Source: Candidatus Latescibacterota bacterium
GTDB taxonomy: Bacteria > Latescibacterota > UBA2968 > GCA-2709665
Reading direction: 5' to 3'
Assembly (NCBI GenBank): GCA_965205485.1
Contig: OZ242180.1
Span: 4,896,001 to 4,960,000 of the forward strand
DNA length: 64,000 bases
Below are positions 18,072-27,834 of the stretch, piece after piece (positions within the stretch are counted from its first letter, which is position 1; each line of letters starts with the position of its first letter). Below the pieces are notes generated by a model. That model was not told the origin of the DNA and searched no databases. It worked only from the letters and a program-made list of their open reading frames with translations. A program made the translations under genes and the position numbers.

Positions 18072-18617
18072 GTGATCGGTATCAACAGAGGTCCAAGAGT
18101 TTTCAGAGATCGAAAGCAGGAACGAGCGCCCCGCGTCAACGAACAGATTCGAATACCCCAGATCCGGCTTGTCGACAAGGATGGCGAGCAGGTCGGCATC
18201 GTGGAAACCAGGAAGGCGATGGAAATGGCAATGGAGGCCGACCTCGACCTGGTCGAAGTCGCTCCTAACGCCCGTCCGCCGGTCTGCCGGATCATGAACT
18301 ACGGCAAGTACAGGTATGAGCAGAGCAAGAAGCAGAAGAAAGGCAAGAAGACCGGATCGCAGCTGAAAGAGATCCGCCTCGGTCCCAGAATCAGCGATCA
18401 CGATTACGAATTCAAGATACGCCACGCCGAAAACTTCCTGAAACACCGACACAAGGTCAGAATCACCGTGGAATTTCGCGGCCGTCAGAATATGTACCGA
18501 ATGCAGGGCAGAGAGTTGCTGGAACGGGCTGAAGAGGACCTTCGTGAGATCGGCGCGGCCGAAATGCCCATCAGGGACGAGGGTCGAAACATCGTCGTCA
18601 TTCTTGCGCCGAAGTAA
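18072..18617 (+). CDS. infC: Translation initiation factor IF-3
   Basis: RVNEQIR, DLVEVAPNARPPVCRIMNYGKY, FRGRQ. Confidence 0.98.
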   Translation: MIGINRGPRVFRDRKQERAPRVNEQIRIPQIRLVDKDGEQVGIVETRKAMEMAMEADLDLVEVAPNARPPVCRIMNYGKYRYEQSKKQKKGKKTGSQLKEIRLGPRISDHDYEFKIRHAENFLKHRHKVRITVEFRGRQNMYRMQGRELLERAEEDLREIGAAEMPIRDEGRNIVVILAPK

Positions 18618-18692
18618 GTTCCGCCGAGCGGCCCGGCTGCCGGTTTCCAAACTCAGTGCGCCACAAAAACGAGCCTTTCCAAGGAGTTGAAC

Positions 18693-18887
18693 GTGCCCAA
18701 AATGAAAACCCACCGAGGAGCGGCGAAACGGTTCAAACGCCGGAAATCCGGCGTTATCGGCCGCGGGAAGTCAACGGTCACGCATAATCTGACAAGCAAG
18801 AGCAGCAAACGCAAAATGCATCTGCGCAAACCCACCGTGGTGCATAAATCCGATCAGGACCGGGTTCAGCGCCTGCTACCCAACTGA
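18693..18887 (+). CDS. rpmI: 50S ribosomal protein L35
   Basis: [22 protein letters not shown]. Confidence 0.98.
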   Translation: MPKMKTHRGAAKRFKRRKSGVIGRGKSTVTHNLTSKSSKRKMHLRKPTVVHKSDQDRVQRLLPN

Positions 18888-19016
18888 CGGACCGAACCGA
18901 TTTCAAGTTGGAAGCGCCGTTCCATCGTACCTTCACCGGCTCTCGGATTCAGCCCGTACCGGACAGGACGCAGACGCAGCGCGCACAACTTGCAGGCGTA
19001 CCAGGAGACCATCGAC

Positions 19017-19370
19017 ATGCCAAGAACGACGAACAGCGTCGCTTCGCGACGCAGGCGAAAGAAAGTACTGAAGGCCGCTCGCGGGTACCGGGGAGGGCGA
19101 AGCAAGCTGTATCGCACCGCGGACGACGCCGTCAACCGCGCCCTTTCCTATGCATACAGGGACCGTCGTCAGAAAAAGAGAAATTTCAGATCTTTGTGGA
19201 TCGTTCGAATCAATGCCGCCGCACGGCTGAACGGCCTCTCGTACAGCTGCCTGATCAACGGCCTGAAAAAGGCCGATATTTCCGTCGACAGAAAGGTCCT
19301 GGCCAACCTCGCCGTCACAGATCCGGCGGCGTTCTCCGCGTTGGCCCAACAAGCCCGCCAACACGTGTAA
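19017..19370 (+). CDS. rplT: 50S ribosomal protein L20
   Basis: [33 protein letters not shown]. Confidence 0.98.
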   Translation: MPRTTNSVASRRRRKKVLKAARGYRGGRSKLYRTADDAVNRALSYAYRDRRQKKRNFRSLWIVRINAAARLNGLSYSCLINGLKKADISVDRKVLANLAVTDPAAFSALAQQARQHV

Positions 19371-19465
19371 TCTGCCCGCCAGGGCCGACGGAACCCATCG
19401 CTGCATCGCCCCCTCGAATCGCTTCCGAATTCGTTCCCGCCCCCCTTGCGTACGGTATCCCGTCC

Positions 19466-19494
19466 TTGACTTTACGCCATGGACGTGTTACATT
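19466..19494 (+). promoter_or_regulatory. Sigma-70 promoter of zapB-zapA
   Basis: TTGACT-N17-TACATT. Confidence 0.55.
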
Positions 19495-19566
19495 GCGTAG
19501 TACGCTGTATTGTCGCCTCAATGCACGACTTTCTGAGAACTGTGTCTGCAAGGAAAGGGTGAGAAT

Positions 19567-20130
19567 ATGGAAGCGCAAGATCCGGTAAACAAACAATTGG
19601 ATTCGGAAGCCAGTGACGCCGCACCCTTCGTATCTGTCAATGAACCGGAGGAGCCGTTGGAATCGGATGGCCCGGAAGAAGGTCAGCTCGATTTGCAGGA
19701 TCAGCAGAGCGGTTCCTTTGAATCCCCCGGCGCGACAGACGAACCGCAGGAACCGGATGGCCGGGAAGATCCACAGATTGAACTTGACGACCGGGTAGAC
19801 GGAGAACCGGGAGCCGATGACGTGGAAGACGACCGGCTGGAGTCGGAAAGCCTCGTTTCCGATCAGCTGGATCTGCTTTTTGGCGAGATCGATCGCGCAG
19901 TCGGCGTTATCGGACAGTTACGTGAGGAAATCGCCGAACTCGAGCGGAGAAACGGGGAACTCCAGCAGCGGCTGGAAGCGCAGGATCAGGTTATCAACGG
20001 GTTGCAGGCCGAACGGGAACGTCTCCGGTCTATTTACGACAGAAATGCTTCACTGATTGAGAACAGGGAGGAGATCCAACGCAAAATCGAAACCATGATC
20101 TCGCGTCTGGATTCAGTGAACACAGCGTAA
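19567..20130 (+). CDS. ZapB-like coiled-coil protein with long acidic N-terminal extension
   Basis: C-terminal coiled coil ending IQRKIETMISRLD; directly upstream of zapA. Confidence 0.65.
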   Translation: MEAQDPVNKQLDSEASDAAPFVSVNEPEEPLESDGPEEGQLDLQDQQSGSFESPGATDEPQEPDGREDPQIELDDRVDGEPGADDVEDDRLESESLVSDQLDLLFGEIDRAVGVIGQLREEIAELERRNGELQQRLEAQDQVINGLQAERERLRSIYDRNASLIENREEIQRKIETMISRLDSVNTA

Positions 20131-20197
20131 AACAGCAACGTCGACATCCACACGGAACCACATCGTTTCACATCGCCACCGGATGTCTAGAGGACTC

Positions 20198-20482
20198 ATG
20201 TCTGAACAACCGGCAATACGCGTCCAGATCTTCGGCACCGAATACAACATCCACGCTGAAGGCGACCCGGACCATGCCCGGACCGTCGCTCGATACGTGG
20301 ACCGGAAAATGCGTGATGTCGCAAACTACATTTCACTTCGTTCGGTTGCCAAAATCGCAGTCGTTGCGGCCGTGAATCTTGCGCACGAACTGCTCAGAGA
20401 GGAAGAAGCCAGTCGGAACATGGGAAAGACCCTGACCGAACAGACCCAGAATCTGGCGACTTTCACAAACCGGATCGCGTAG
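20198..20482 (+). CDS. zapA: Cell division protein ZapA
   Basis: VQIFGTEYNI, VARYVDRKM, KIAVVAAVNLAHEL. Confidence 0.92.
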   Translation: MSEQPAIRVQIFGTEYNIHAEGDPDHARTVARYVDRKMRDVANYISLRSVAKIAVVAAVNLAHELLREEEASRNMGKTLTEQTQNLATFTNRIA

Positions 20483-20553
20483 AGACGACCTCAAACAAAA
20501 AGGGCGTGCCGGCGGTCGCGGGCACCCCTGCCGGATAATCGATTCCGGTGTTG

Positions 20554-20642
20554 CCTGCTGCGTTCATCTGTAACCATCCGGAGCGGACACTCCTGCCCGG
20601 ACGGGATGTACGGAACCGGATGAATGCAAGCGGGTTTTTTTT
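20554..20642 (+). ncRNA. Candidate short 6S (SsrS)-like RNA
   Basis: Rod-like hairpin CCTGCTGCGTTCATCTG/CGGATGAATGCAAGCGGG with central bubble and 3' T-run, in the zapA-rny interval where 6S RNA usually lies. Confidence 0.5.
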
Positions 20643-20676
20643 ATGCGCGTGGTACCTATAATGCGGGGAGACCAGA

Positions 20677-22263
20677 ATGAACCTGCCGATAGACACGACC
20701 ATGGAAGTCGTGACCGTTCTCATGCTGTCGGCCGGCCTGCTCATACTGGGATTTATCCTGGGATGGCTGATCAGCGGCAAGATCGGGCAAAGCAAGATCC
20801 ATCGCGCCGAACTATCCGCGGAAAAGATCCTCGAAGATGCCCAGACCGAGGCGGACGCGATGAAGCGGACCGCAGTCCTCGAAGCCAAAGACAGGATACA
20901 GCAGGAGCAGCTCCGGTTCGAACAGGAACTCGAAGAAAAACGCGATCGGTCCGCGCGGGAGGAAATGAAGCTGAGCAGTCTCAGAAGGCAGCTTGACAAA
21001 CGTGCGGACCTGTTGAACGACAAGGAGAAACTGGCAACCGAGAAAAACGAGCAGCTCCGGCAGCTGGAGGAGCAACTCGCCGGTCGGGAACGGGATCTCG
21101 AACAGAGCCGGCTGGTGCAGAACAGGCGTCTGGAACAAATCGCGGGTCTCACGAAGGACGAAGCAAAACGCGTCCTGATGGCCAACATGGAAGAGGAGGC
21201 GGAACGCGATGCGGAATGGCGTCTCAAGGAAATCCGCGACGACGCGCTCGTCCGCGCCAACGACGAGGCCCGGGAGATTATAGCCGGCGCGATTCAGCGA
21301 TTGGCCGCCGACCACACGATCGAATCTACCGTTGCGGTCGTACGGCTTCCTTCCGACGAGATGAAGGGGCGAATCATCGGCCGCGAGGGGCGGAACATCC
21401 GTGCCTTTGAAATGGCGACCGGCGTGGATGTCACGATAGACGACACCCCGGAAGCAGTCATCCTGTCGGGGTTCGATCCCATACGCCGCGCCATCGCCCA
21501 GATCGCCATGGAGCAACTCATTCTGGACGGTCGCATCCACCCGGGCCGAATCGAGGAAATCGTCCAGAAATCGCGGGAGTCCATTCAGGAAGTGATGCAC
21601 GATGCCGGCGTTCAGGCGGCATTCGACGCCGGCGTACCGGGCCTGCACGATCGCCTCGTTGCCTGTCTGGGCCGCCTCAAATACCGGACGAGCTACGGCC
21701 AGAACGTGCTGAATCACAGTAAGGAGGTGGCCTTCCTTACCGGCATGATGGCCACCTCGCTCGGCCTCGACGCCCAATTGGCCAAACGCGCGGGACTGCT
21801 TCACGATATCGGAAAGGGGCTGGCGCACGAGGCCGAGGGCACGTACGGAGAAAATGGCGCCGACCTGGCGCGCAAATACGGCGAAGACGCAATCGTTATC
21901 AACGCGATCGAAGCCCATCATGGAGACTCGGACCCCGTTTCACCGGTCGCCGTACTTGTGGACGCCGCCGATTCCATATCCCGGTCCCGGCCGGGCGCCC
22001 AGCGTGAACAGATCGAGAATTACGTCCGGCGACTGGAACGCCTGGAGTCCATCGCCAAGATGGTACAGGGCGTGGAATCCGTCTTCGCCATCAAGGCGGG
22101 ACAGGAGGTCCGGGTGGTTGCGGATTCCGATATGATGAGCGACGCAGACACCGAACGCCTGGCGACGCAGATCGTATCGCGCCTCACCGAGGACGCCACC
22201 TGCCCGGGTCCGGTCAAGGTCACCGTCATCAGAGAAACGCGCTCGGTGGATTTCGCGCGCTGA
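20677..22263 (+). CDS. rny: Ribonuclease Y
   Basis: N-terminal TM, coiled coil, KH (MKGRIIGREGRNIR), HD (AGLLHDIGK). Confidence 0.98.
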   Translation: MNLPIDTTMEVVTVLMLSAGLLILGFILGWLISGKIGQSKIHRAELSAEKILEDAQTEADAMKRTAVLEAKDRIQQEQLRFEQELEEKRDRSAREEMKLSSLRRQLDKRADLLNDKEKLATEKNEQLRQLEEQLAGRERDLEQSRLVQNRRLEQIAGLTKDEAKRVLMANMEEEAERDAEWRLKEIRDDALVRANDEAREIIAGAIQRLAADHTIESTVAVVRLPSDEMKGRIIGREGRNIRAFEMATGVDVTIDDTPEAVILSGFDPIRRAIAQIAMEQLILDGRIHPGRIEEIVQKSRESIQEVMHDAGVQAAFDAGVPGLHDRLVACLGRLKYRTSYGQNVLNHSKEVAFLTGMMATSLGLDAQLAKRAGLLHDIGKGLAHEAEGTYGENGADLARKYGEDAIVINAIEAHHGDSDPVSPVAVLVDAADSISRSRPGAQREQIENYVRRLERLESIAKMVQGVESVFAIKAGQEVRVVADSDMMSDADTERLATQIVSRLTEDATCPGPVKVTVIRETRSVDFAR

Positions 22264-22427
22264 ACCGGCCGGCGCGACTCCGGTCGCATTCCGGGCGTTC
22301 TTTCCCGCGGCATCAGCAACCCGGGCGTCCGCACGGGCCGTTCCGGAGTTGCCTCGGGGCGACAGACAATTTACCGGCGTTCGTTTTGCGCACCGTCAAT
22401 CGTTGATTGCTCTTTGTGGGTTTCCTT

Positions 22428-23216
22428 TTGAATATCCTGTTTGTTGGCGATATCTACGGCAGGCCCGGCAGAAAGGCGGCCGCCGACCTGATTCCCCGGC
22501 TCAGGGAGAGTCACCGGATCGATTTTTGCATTGCCAACGGCGAAAACGCCGCGGGCGGTTTCGGCATCACCGAGAACATCGCCAAGAAACTCTTCGCCTA
22601 CGGGGCGGATGTAATCACCACGGGAAACCATGTCTGGGACCGCAAAGACGCCATCCCATACATCTTCGGAGCCGACCGCGTTCTGCGCCCCGCTAATTTT
22701 CCGGATAGCGTCGGCGGCGCCGGCTACGGCATCTTCAACGCCTCAAACGGCGCCCCGGTCGGCGTCGTCTGCATGCAAGGCCGGGTAAATATGCTCGACC
22801 TGGACTGCCCCTTCCGCGTCGGAAGGGATATCGTGGACTGTCTGAGACAACGGACCACGGCGATCGTCGTCGATTTTCACGCAGAAGCGAGTTCCGAAAA
22901 AATCGCGTACGGATGGTTTATGGACGGCCGCGCCAGCGCCGTACTTGGCACGCATACCCACGTACAGACAGCCGATGAGCGTATTCTGCCGGGCGGTACG
23001 GCCTACGTGTCCGACGCCGGCATGACCGGCCCTCACGACTCCGTGATCGGCGCCCGGAAGGAGGCTGTCATCCAGCGGTTTCTGGACCGGACGCCTGTGC
23101 GGTTCGAACCGGCTGAAAACGATATCAAGCTATGCGGCGTCGTCGTGGAAGTCGAAGAAGAAACCGGGAAAGCGACACGCATTGAAAGATTGCGCGTCGA
23201 CTGGCAGGAGGCCTGA
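22428..23216 (+). CDS. ymdB: YmdB-like metallophosphoesterase (TIGR00282)
   Basis: GDIYGRPG, NGENAAGG, TGNHVWD, DFHAEASSEK, GTHTHVQTAD. Confidence 0.95.
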   Translation: MNILFVGDIYGRPGRKAAADLIPRLRESHRIDFCIANGENAAGGFGITENIAKKLFAYGADVITTGNHVWDRKDAIPYIFGADRVLRPANFPDSVGGAGYGIFNASNGAPVGVVCMQGRVNMLDLDCPFRVGRDIVDCLRQRTTAIVVDFHAEASSEKIAYGWFMDGRASAVLGTHTHVQTADERILPGGTAYVSDAGMTGPHDSVIGARKEAVIQRFLDRTPVRFEPAENDIKLCGVVVEVEEETGKATRIERLRVDWQEA

Positions 23217-23218
23217 AC

Positions 23219-24430
23219 GTGGCGGAGCGCCCATACACCGTAACCGAGATAACGCAGGCCATTCGACAGAATCTGGAAGCGGAGTTCCCGGTCCTCTGGA
23301 TCGTCGGTGAAATCTCGCAATACAACCAGGCGGCTTCCGGCCACCGTTATTTCACCCTCATCGATCAGAACTGCCAGCTTCGCTGTGTGATGTGGCGGTC
23401 AGTCAAGCCGGCCTTCAGGCCCGAAACCGGTGTAAAGGTACTCGCCCGGGGACGGATTACGGTCTACGAACGCAGCGGCGAGTACCAGTTGAACGTCGGC
23501 CAGCTCTTCCCGGCCGGCAGCGGTCAGCAGCAACTCGCCCTGGAAGCGCTGAAACTCAAACTTCGAGAGGAAGGTCTGTTCGACCAGGTGCGGAAGCGCC
23601 CGCTGCCGGCGTTCCCGCTTTCTGTCGGCGTGGTCACCTCGCGCACGGGGGCGGCGATCCGGGACATTCTGCACGTGCTGGAAAGGAGGTTCCGCGGGGT
23701 CAACATCGTCGTCCGGCCCACCCTGGTTCAGGGCGCCGGAGCCCCCGAAGACATCGCGCTGGCCGTCGACGAATTGAACGCTTACGGCAAGGTCGACGTC
23801 CTGATCGTGGGGCGCGGCGGGGGTTCCGCGGAAGACCTGGCCGCGTTCAACACCGAAATCGTCGTCCGGGCCATCCGCGGTTCCGGAATCCCGGTGATTT
23901 CCGCCGTAGGCCATGAAATCGACGTCACCCTTGCGGACCTTGCCGCGGACTGCAGGGCGCCCACGCCATCCGCGGCGGCCGAACTGGCCGTTCGCGACGC
24001 AGGCGAGTTGCGCGCCCGGATTCAGAACCTCGCGGGGAGGTCGTACGCCGCCCTCAATCGCTATCTGAAAGAAAACCAGGATCTGCTCGACAGCTATCTC
24101 GGCCGATACGGCTTACGGAAGGTCGAAGACAACATCCACCAGAGCATTCAGGCTGTCGACGAGCTTCAGAAGGGCCTTCAGAACGGTGTGAGGCGCATAT
24201 TCGACAAACGCCTGGCGTCGTACCGCCGGCACACTGGCGAACTCGGGGCGCTGAGCCCGCTCTCCGTCCTGAGCCGCGGATACAGCCTCACGCACCGGGT
24301 GGACAACAATGAACTGGTCACCCGCGCCGGGTCCCTCGTCGAGGACGATCGGGTCCGCGTTCGACTGTCGGAAGGCGAAATCACCTGCACGGTCGACGGT
24401 ATTCAGGCCACGAGCCCCGCAGATCGTTGA
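23219..24430 (+). CDS. xseA: Exodeoxyribonuclease VII large subunit
   Basis: SGHRYFTL, GRGGGSAEDLAAFN, SAVGHEIDVTLADLAADCRAPTPSAAAE. Confidence 0.97.
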   Translation: MAERPYTVTEITQAIRQNLEAEFPVLWIVGEISQYNQAASGHRYFTLIDQNCQLRCVMWRSVKPAFRPETGVKVLARGRITVYERSGEYQLNVGQLFPAGSGQQQLALEALKLKLREEGLFDQVRKRPLPAFPLSVGVVTSRTGAAIRDILHVLERRFRGVNIVVRPTLVQGAGAPEDIALAVDELNAYGKVDVLIVGRGGGSAEDLAAFNTEIVVRAIRGSGIPVISAVGHEIDVTLADLAADCRAPTPSAAAELAVRDAGELRARIQNLAGRSYAALNRYLKENQDLLDSYLGRYGLRKVEDNIHQSIQAVDELQKGLQNGVRRIFDKRLASYRRHTGELGALSPLSVLSRGYSLTHRVDNNELVTRAGSLVEDDRVRVRLSEGEITCTVDGIQATSPADR

Positions 24431-24461
24431 AAAGGCTTTTTTTAACCCAATGAGGAGTCAA

Positions 24462-24710
24462 ATGGCGGAAGGTGAACCCACGTTCGAAGATGCGCTCAAG
24501 CAGCTGGAGTCCGCGGTTGGAACCCTGGAATCCGGAAACCTGCCCCTGGCGGATGCGCTCCGCCTCTTCGAAGAGGGACTGAGAGCGTCCAACCTCTGTC
24601 GCGCCCGGCTGGAAGAGGCGAAGCAGCGCGTTGAAGTCCTGGCCGCCGAGAGCGGGAACGAGTTCAGGCTCACCGACCTGGATGCCGGTGAAGAACAACG
24701 GGCAGAGTAA
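24462..24710 (+). CDS. xseB: Exodeoxyribonuclease VII small subunit
   Basis: FEDALKQLESAVGTLESGNLPLADALRLFEEG; GAGGAG RBS. Confidence 0.95.
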   Translation: MAEGEPTFEDALKQLESAVGTLESGNLPLADALRLFEEGLRASNLCRARLEEAKQRVEVLAAESGNEFRLTDLDAGEEQRAE

Positions 24711-24795
24711 CACCCATTGCGAGATTCAGCTATTCAGGATACATTTATAAAACCAGGGTGGGTTTTTCACGAAGACCGTTGATTGTTGGGTTGTT

Positions 24796-25039
24796 ATCCT
24801 GCTTCTGGTTTCTCATCCTGCACAATCCTGTCAATCCTGATCGGTTTTGATCTTGCTCTTTGGTTCTATTCCCGTTAATCCTGTTCGTTCCTGGCTCTTA
24901 TCCTGCATAAGGTTCTAATCCTGTTTCTTGCTTTTCGATCCTGCAGTCGGTTCTGATCCTGTTTTTGCCTTTAATCCTGCTTAATCCTGTTTTTGCCTTT
25001 TAATCCTGTCAATCCTGGTCGGTTTTGGTTTCTATCCTG
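24796..25039 (+). repeat. Array of 14 same-strand ATCCTG motifs in pyrimidine-rich DNA
   Basis: Counted directly; spacing mostly 9 or 18-20 bp. Confidence 0.85.
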
Positions 25040-25042
25040 TTT

Positions 25043-25909
25043 ATGAAACGAATTGGCATACTTGCATATATCGAACGGGACGGCATCGGTCCCATCATCC
25101 GGAACTTCGTGCGGCTCGCGCACGATCAGGACATCGATCTCATTCTGGAGGAACCGCTGCGGAAAATCCAGGGTTTCAACGGGGTGACCTTTCGTCCGGC
25201 CTCCGACCTCGCCCGCTATTCGGATATTGTCGTTGCGCTGGGCGGGGACGGCACAATACTCAGGGCAGCCAGACTGGTCGAGACCACGCAGAAACCCATT
25301 CTTGGCGTCAATCTCGGCCGCCTGGGGTTTCTGGCCGGAGCCGCGCCCGAAGAGTTGCGGGAAAGTCTGGGCAGATTGAAGCGGGGGGAATACCAGCTTG
25401 AAGAACGCATGGTCCTGGAAGCCGAGATCGGAAACAGGACCTTCTTTGCGCTCAATGAGTTCGTCATCGAAAAGGCCGTACTCGCCCGCCTGGTCCAGGT
25501 GAAGTCCTGGGTCTCCGAGACGCAGTTCAGTTCCTTTTTCGGAAACGGCATTATCGTCTCGACACCGACGGGTTCAACCAGCTACAACCTTTCCGCGGGA
25601 GGGCCCATACTCCATCCGGACCTGCGCGCGTTCGTTGTCACGCCCATATGCGCGCATTCGCTCTCGCTGCGCCCCGCGGTTATTCCGGGCAGTCAGTCGA
25701 TCACCGTTCAGGTTATCGCCGAACACACCGATATCATGGTCACCGCCGACGGCACGATCGTCTCACCCATCCAGCCCGAGGAACGCGTTCAGATCCGACA
25801 GGCCGACCACAACACCCGTCTGATCAACCTCCAGGGACTGTCCTTTTACGAGCTGCTCAGTCGCAAGCTGGACTGGAGCCTGGACCGGCGCGAACCGCAG
25901 GAGTCCTGA
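25043..25909 (+). CDS. nadK: NAD kinase
   Basis: LGGDGTIL, GVNLGRLGFL, ALNE, STPTGSTSYNLSAGGP. Confidence 0.96.
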   Translation: MKRIGILAYIERDGIGPIIRNFVRLAHDQDIDLILEEPLRKIQGFNGVTFRPASDLARYSDIVVALGGDGTILRAARLVETTQKPILGVNLGRLGFLAGAAPEELRESLGRLKRGEYQLEERMVLEAEIGNRTFFALNEFVIEKAVLARLVQVKSWVSETQFSSFFGNGIIVSTPTGSTSYNLSAGGPILHPDLRAFVVTPICAHSLSLRPAVIPGSQSITVQVIAEHTDIMVTADGTIVSPIQPEERVQIRQADHNTRLINLQGLSFYELLSRKLDWSLDRREPQES

Positions 25910-25911
25910 CC

Positions 25912-27612
25912 GTGCTTTGCCGACTGCTGGTGGTCAACTACGCGTTGATCGACAGGATTGAAGTCGAATTCGGACCCGGGCTGAACATCATCACTGGAGA
26001 GACCGGCGCGGGAAAATCCATCCTCATCGGCGCTCTGGGCCTTGTTCTCGGAATGCGTGCGAGCCCGGAATTGGTCCGGACCCGCGAGAAGCGGTGTCTC
26101 GTGGAAGCCATCATCCGGTTGTGCCCCGATCACCGGTGTCTGCGCCTTCTGGACGCCATGGGTATCGACGCCGATCAGGGGGAACTGATCATTCGCAGGG
26201 AGGTCGTGGCGAATGGCCGAAGCCGCAGTTTCGTCAACGGCCTCGCCGTGCCCCTCCGCAGCCTGCTCGATCTGGCCGGAGCGCTGGTCGACCTGCACGG
26301 ACAGCACGATCACCAGTCACTTCTTTATACCGATCGGCACATCGACTTTCTGGACGGTTTCGCCGGCCTTGGAGCGCGCCGGGAGTCGGTCGGCGCGGCC
26401 CACCGTCGTCTGTCGGAACTTCTGGAAAGGCGGGAAAACGCGGACGACGAAGCCCGGAGGGCCCGTGACCGGAGGGAACTTCTGGAGTTCCAGGTTGAGG
26501 AAATCTCCTCGGCAGATCCGGAACCGGACGAGGACGAGCGACTCCTGCAGGAACAATCGCTGCTTACCCATGCCGAACGCCTGATCGAAACCGCCATGCA
26601 CCTCGAAGCCCTGCTCTACCAGGGGGACGACTCGATCGTGGATCGTCTGGGCGCGGCCGAGCAACTCCTGAAAGACGCCGTCAGGATGGACGAAACGCTC
26701 GCCCATCAAGCCGATGAACTTACCGGCCAGCGCTACGCGATTGAGGAACTTGCCCGATTCTTCGCGGATTACGCGCGCGGCGTCGAGCATAACCCGGAAC
26801 GCCTGGCGGAAGTCACCGGTCGCCTGGACCTCCTGGCGCACCTGAAGAAGAAATACGGAGGCAGCCTTCAGACAGTGCTCGAGTACCGGGAGAATGCGGA
26901 AGAGGAACTGGCGCAGTCCGAGCGTCTGGACCGTTCGCTTGCGAAAATCGAAGGAGAGATCGACGCCGCCCGCGCAAATCTGGCGGACCTGTGCGCCGGG
27001 CTCTCAGAAGCGCGTGAAGCCGCCGCCCGCGACCTCTCCAGGGAGACGACGGATGCGCTCGGCGACCTGGGGATTCCGAGGGCCGAGTTTCACGTTGAGC
27101 TTATCCGGGAAGAATCGCCCGACGGTTGGGTGAGCCTGGAAGGGCGGCAGTATCGAGCGGGACCCAAGGGCATCGAGCGCGTGGAATTCCATATCTCCAC
27201 GAACCCCGGCGAGGCCCTCAGGCCGCTGGTCAAGGTGGCTTCCGGCGGCGAAGTGTCCCGGATTATGCTTGCTCTGAAGTCCGTGCTCTCCCAATCCGAT
27301 CCGGTACAGGTCCTCATCTTCGACGAGATCGATATCGGTATCTCCGGCCGTATCGCGGACGTGGTGGGACGGAAACTCAAGAGCCTTTCGCGCGCGCGCC
27401 AGACCATCTGCATTACCCACCTGCCGCAGATCGCAAGAATGGCGGACACCCATCTGGCCGTGCACAAGGACGTATCGAACGGCCGCACCGTCACGCGGGT
27501 GATCCACCTGGGCGACGAAGACCGCGCCAGGGAACTTGCAAAGCTGCTGGGCGGAGAAAAAATCTCGGCCGTTACCATGGAACACGCCCGCGAACTGCTC
27601 AGTCAAAATTAA
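25912..27612 (+). CDS. recN: DNA repair protein RecN
   Basis: ITGETGAGKS, LHGQHDHQ, VASGGEVSR, IFDEID, CITHLPQIA. Confidence 0.97.
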   Translation: MLCRLLVVNYALIDRIEVEFGPGLNIITGETGAGKSILIGALGLVLGMRASPELVRTREKRCLVEAIIRLCPDHRCLRLLDAMGIDADQGELIIRREVVANGRSRSFVNGLAVPLRSLLDLAGALVDLHGQHDHQSLLYTDRHIDFLDGFAGLGARRESVGAAHRRLSELLERRENADDEARRARDRRELLEFQVEEISSADPEPDEDERLLQEQSLLTHAERLIETAMHLEALLYQGDDSIVDRLGAAEQLLKDAVRMDETLAHQADELTGQRYAIEELARFFADYARGVEHNPERLAEVTGRLDLLAHLKKKYGGSLQTVLEYRENAEEELAQSERLDRSLAKIEGEIDAARANLADLCAGLSEAREAAARDLSRETTDALGDLGIPRAEFHVELIREESPDGWVSLEGRQYRAGPKGIERVEFHISTNPGEALRPLVKVASGGEVSRIMLALKSVLSQSDPVQVLIFDEIDIGISGRIADVVGRKLKSLSRARQTICITHLPQIARMADTHLAVHKDVSNGRTVTRVIHLGDEDRARELAKLLGGEKISAVTMEHARELLSQN

Positions 27613-27834
27613 AGGCCCAACGGCGGAACCGCGCCGACCGGGTCGCTGCCGCAGCCGTAGCAGTCCGTTGATAAAGTCGCTCTGCAGGCGAGGCCGAGCC
27701 ATTGTGGCCGAAGACAAGGCGCGCGACCGAGTCCCATCCTGCGATTCGGCGAGGGAGCGCAACGCAGTATTTCGACCGCCAGGGCCGGCCGCAGCCCGGA
27801 TGGACTTTTTCAACGGGCTGGAAGGGAATGCCGT

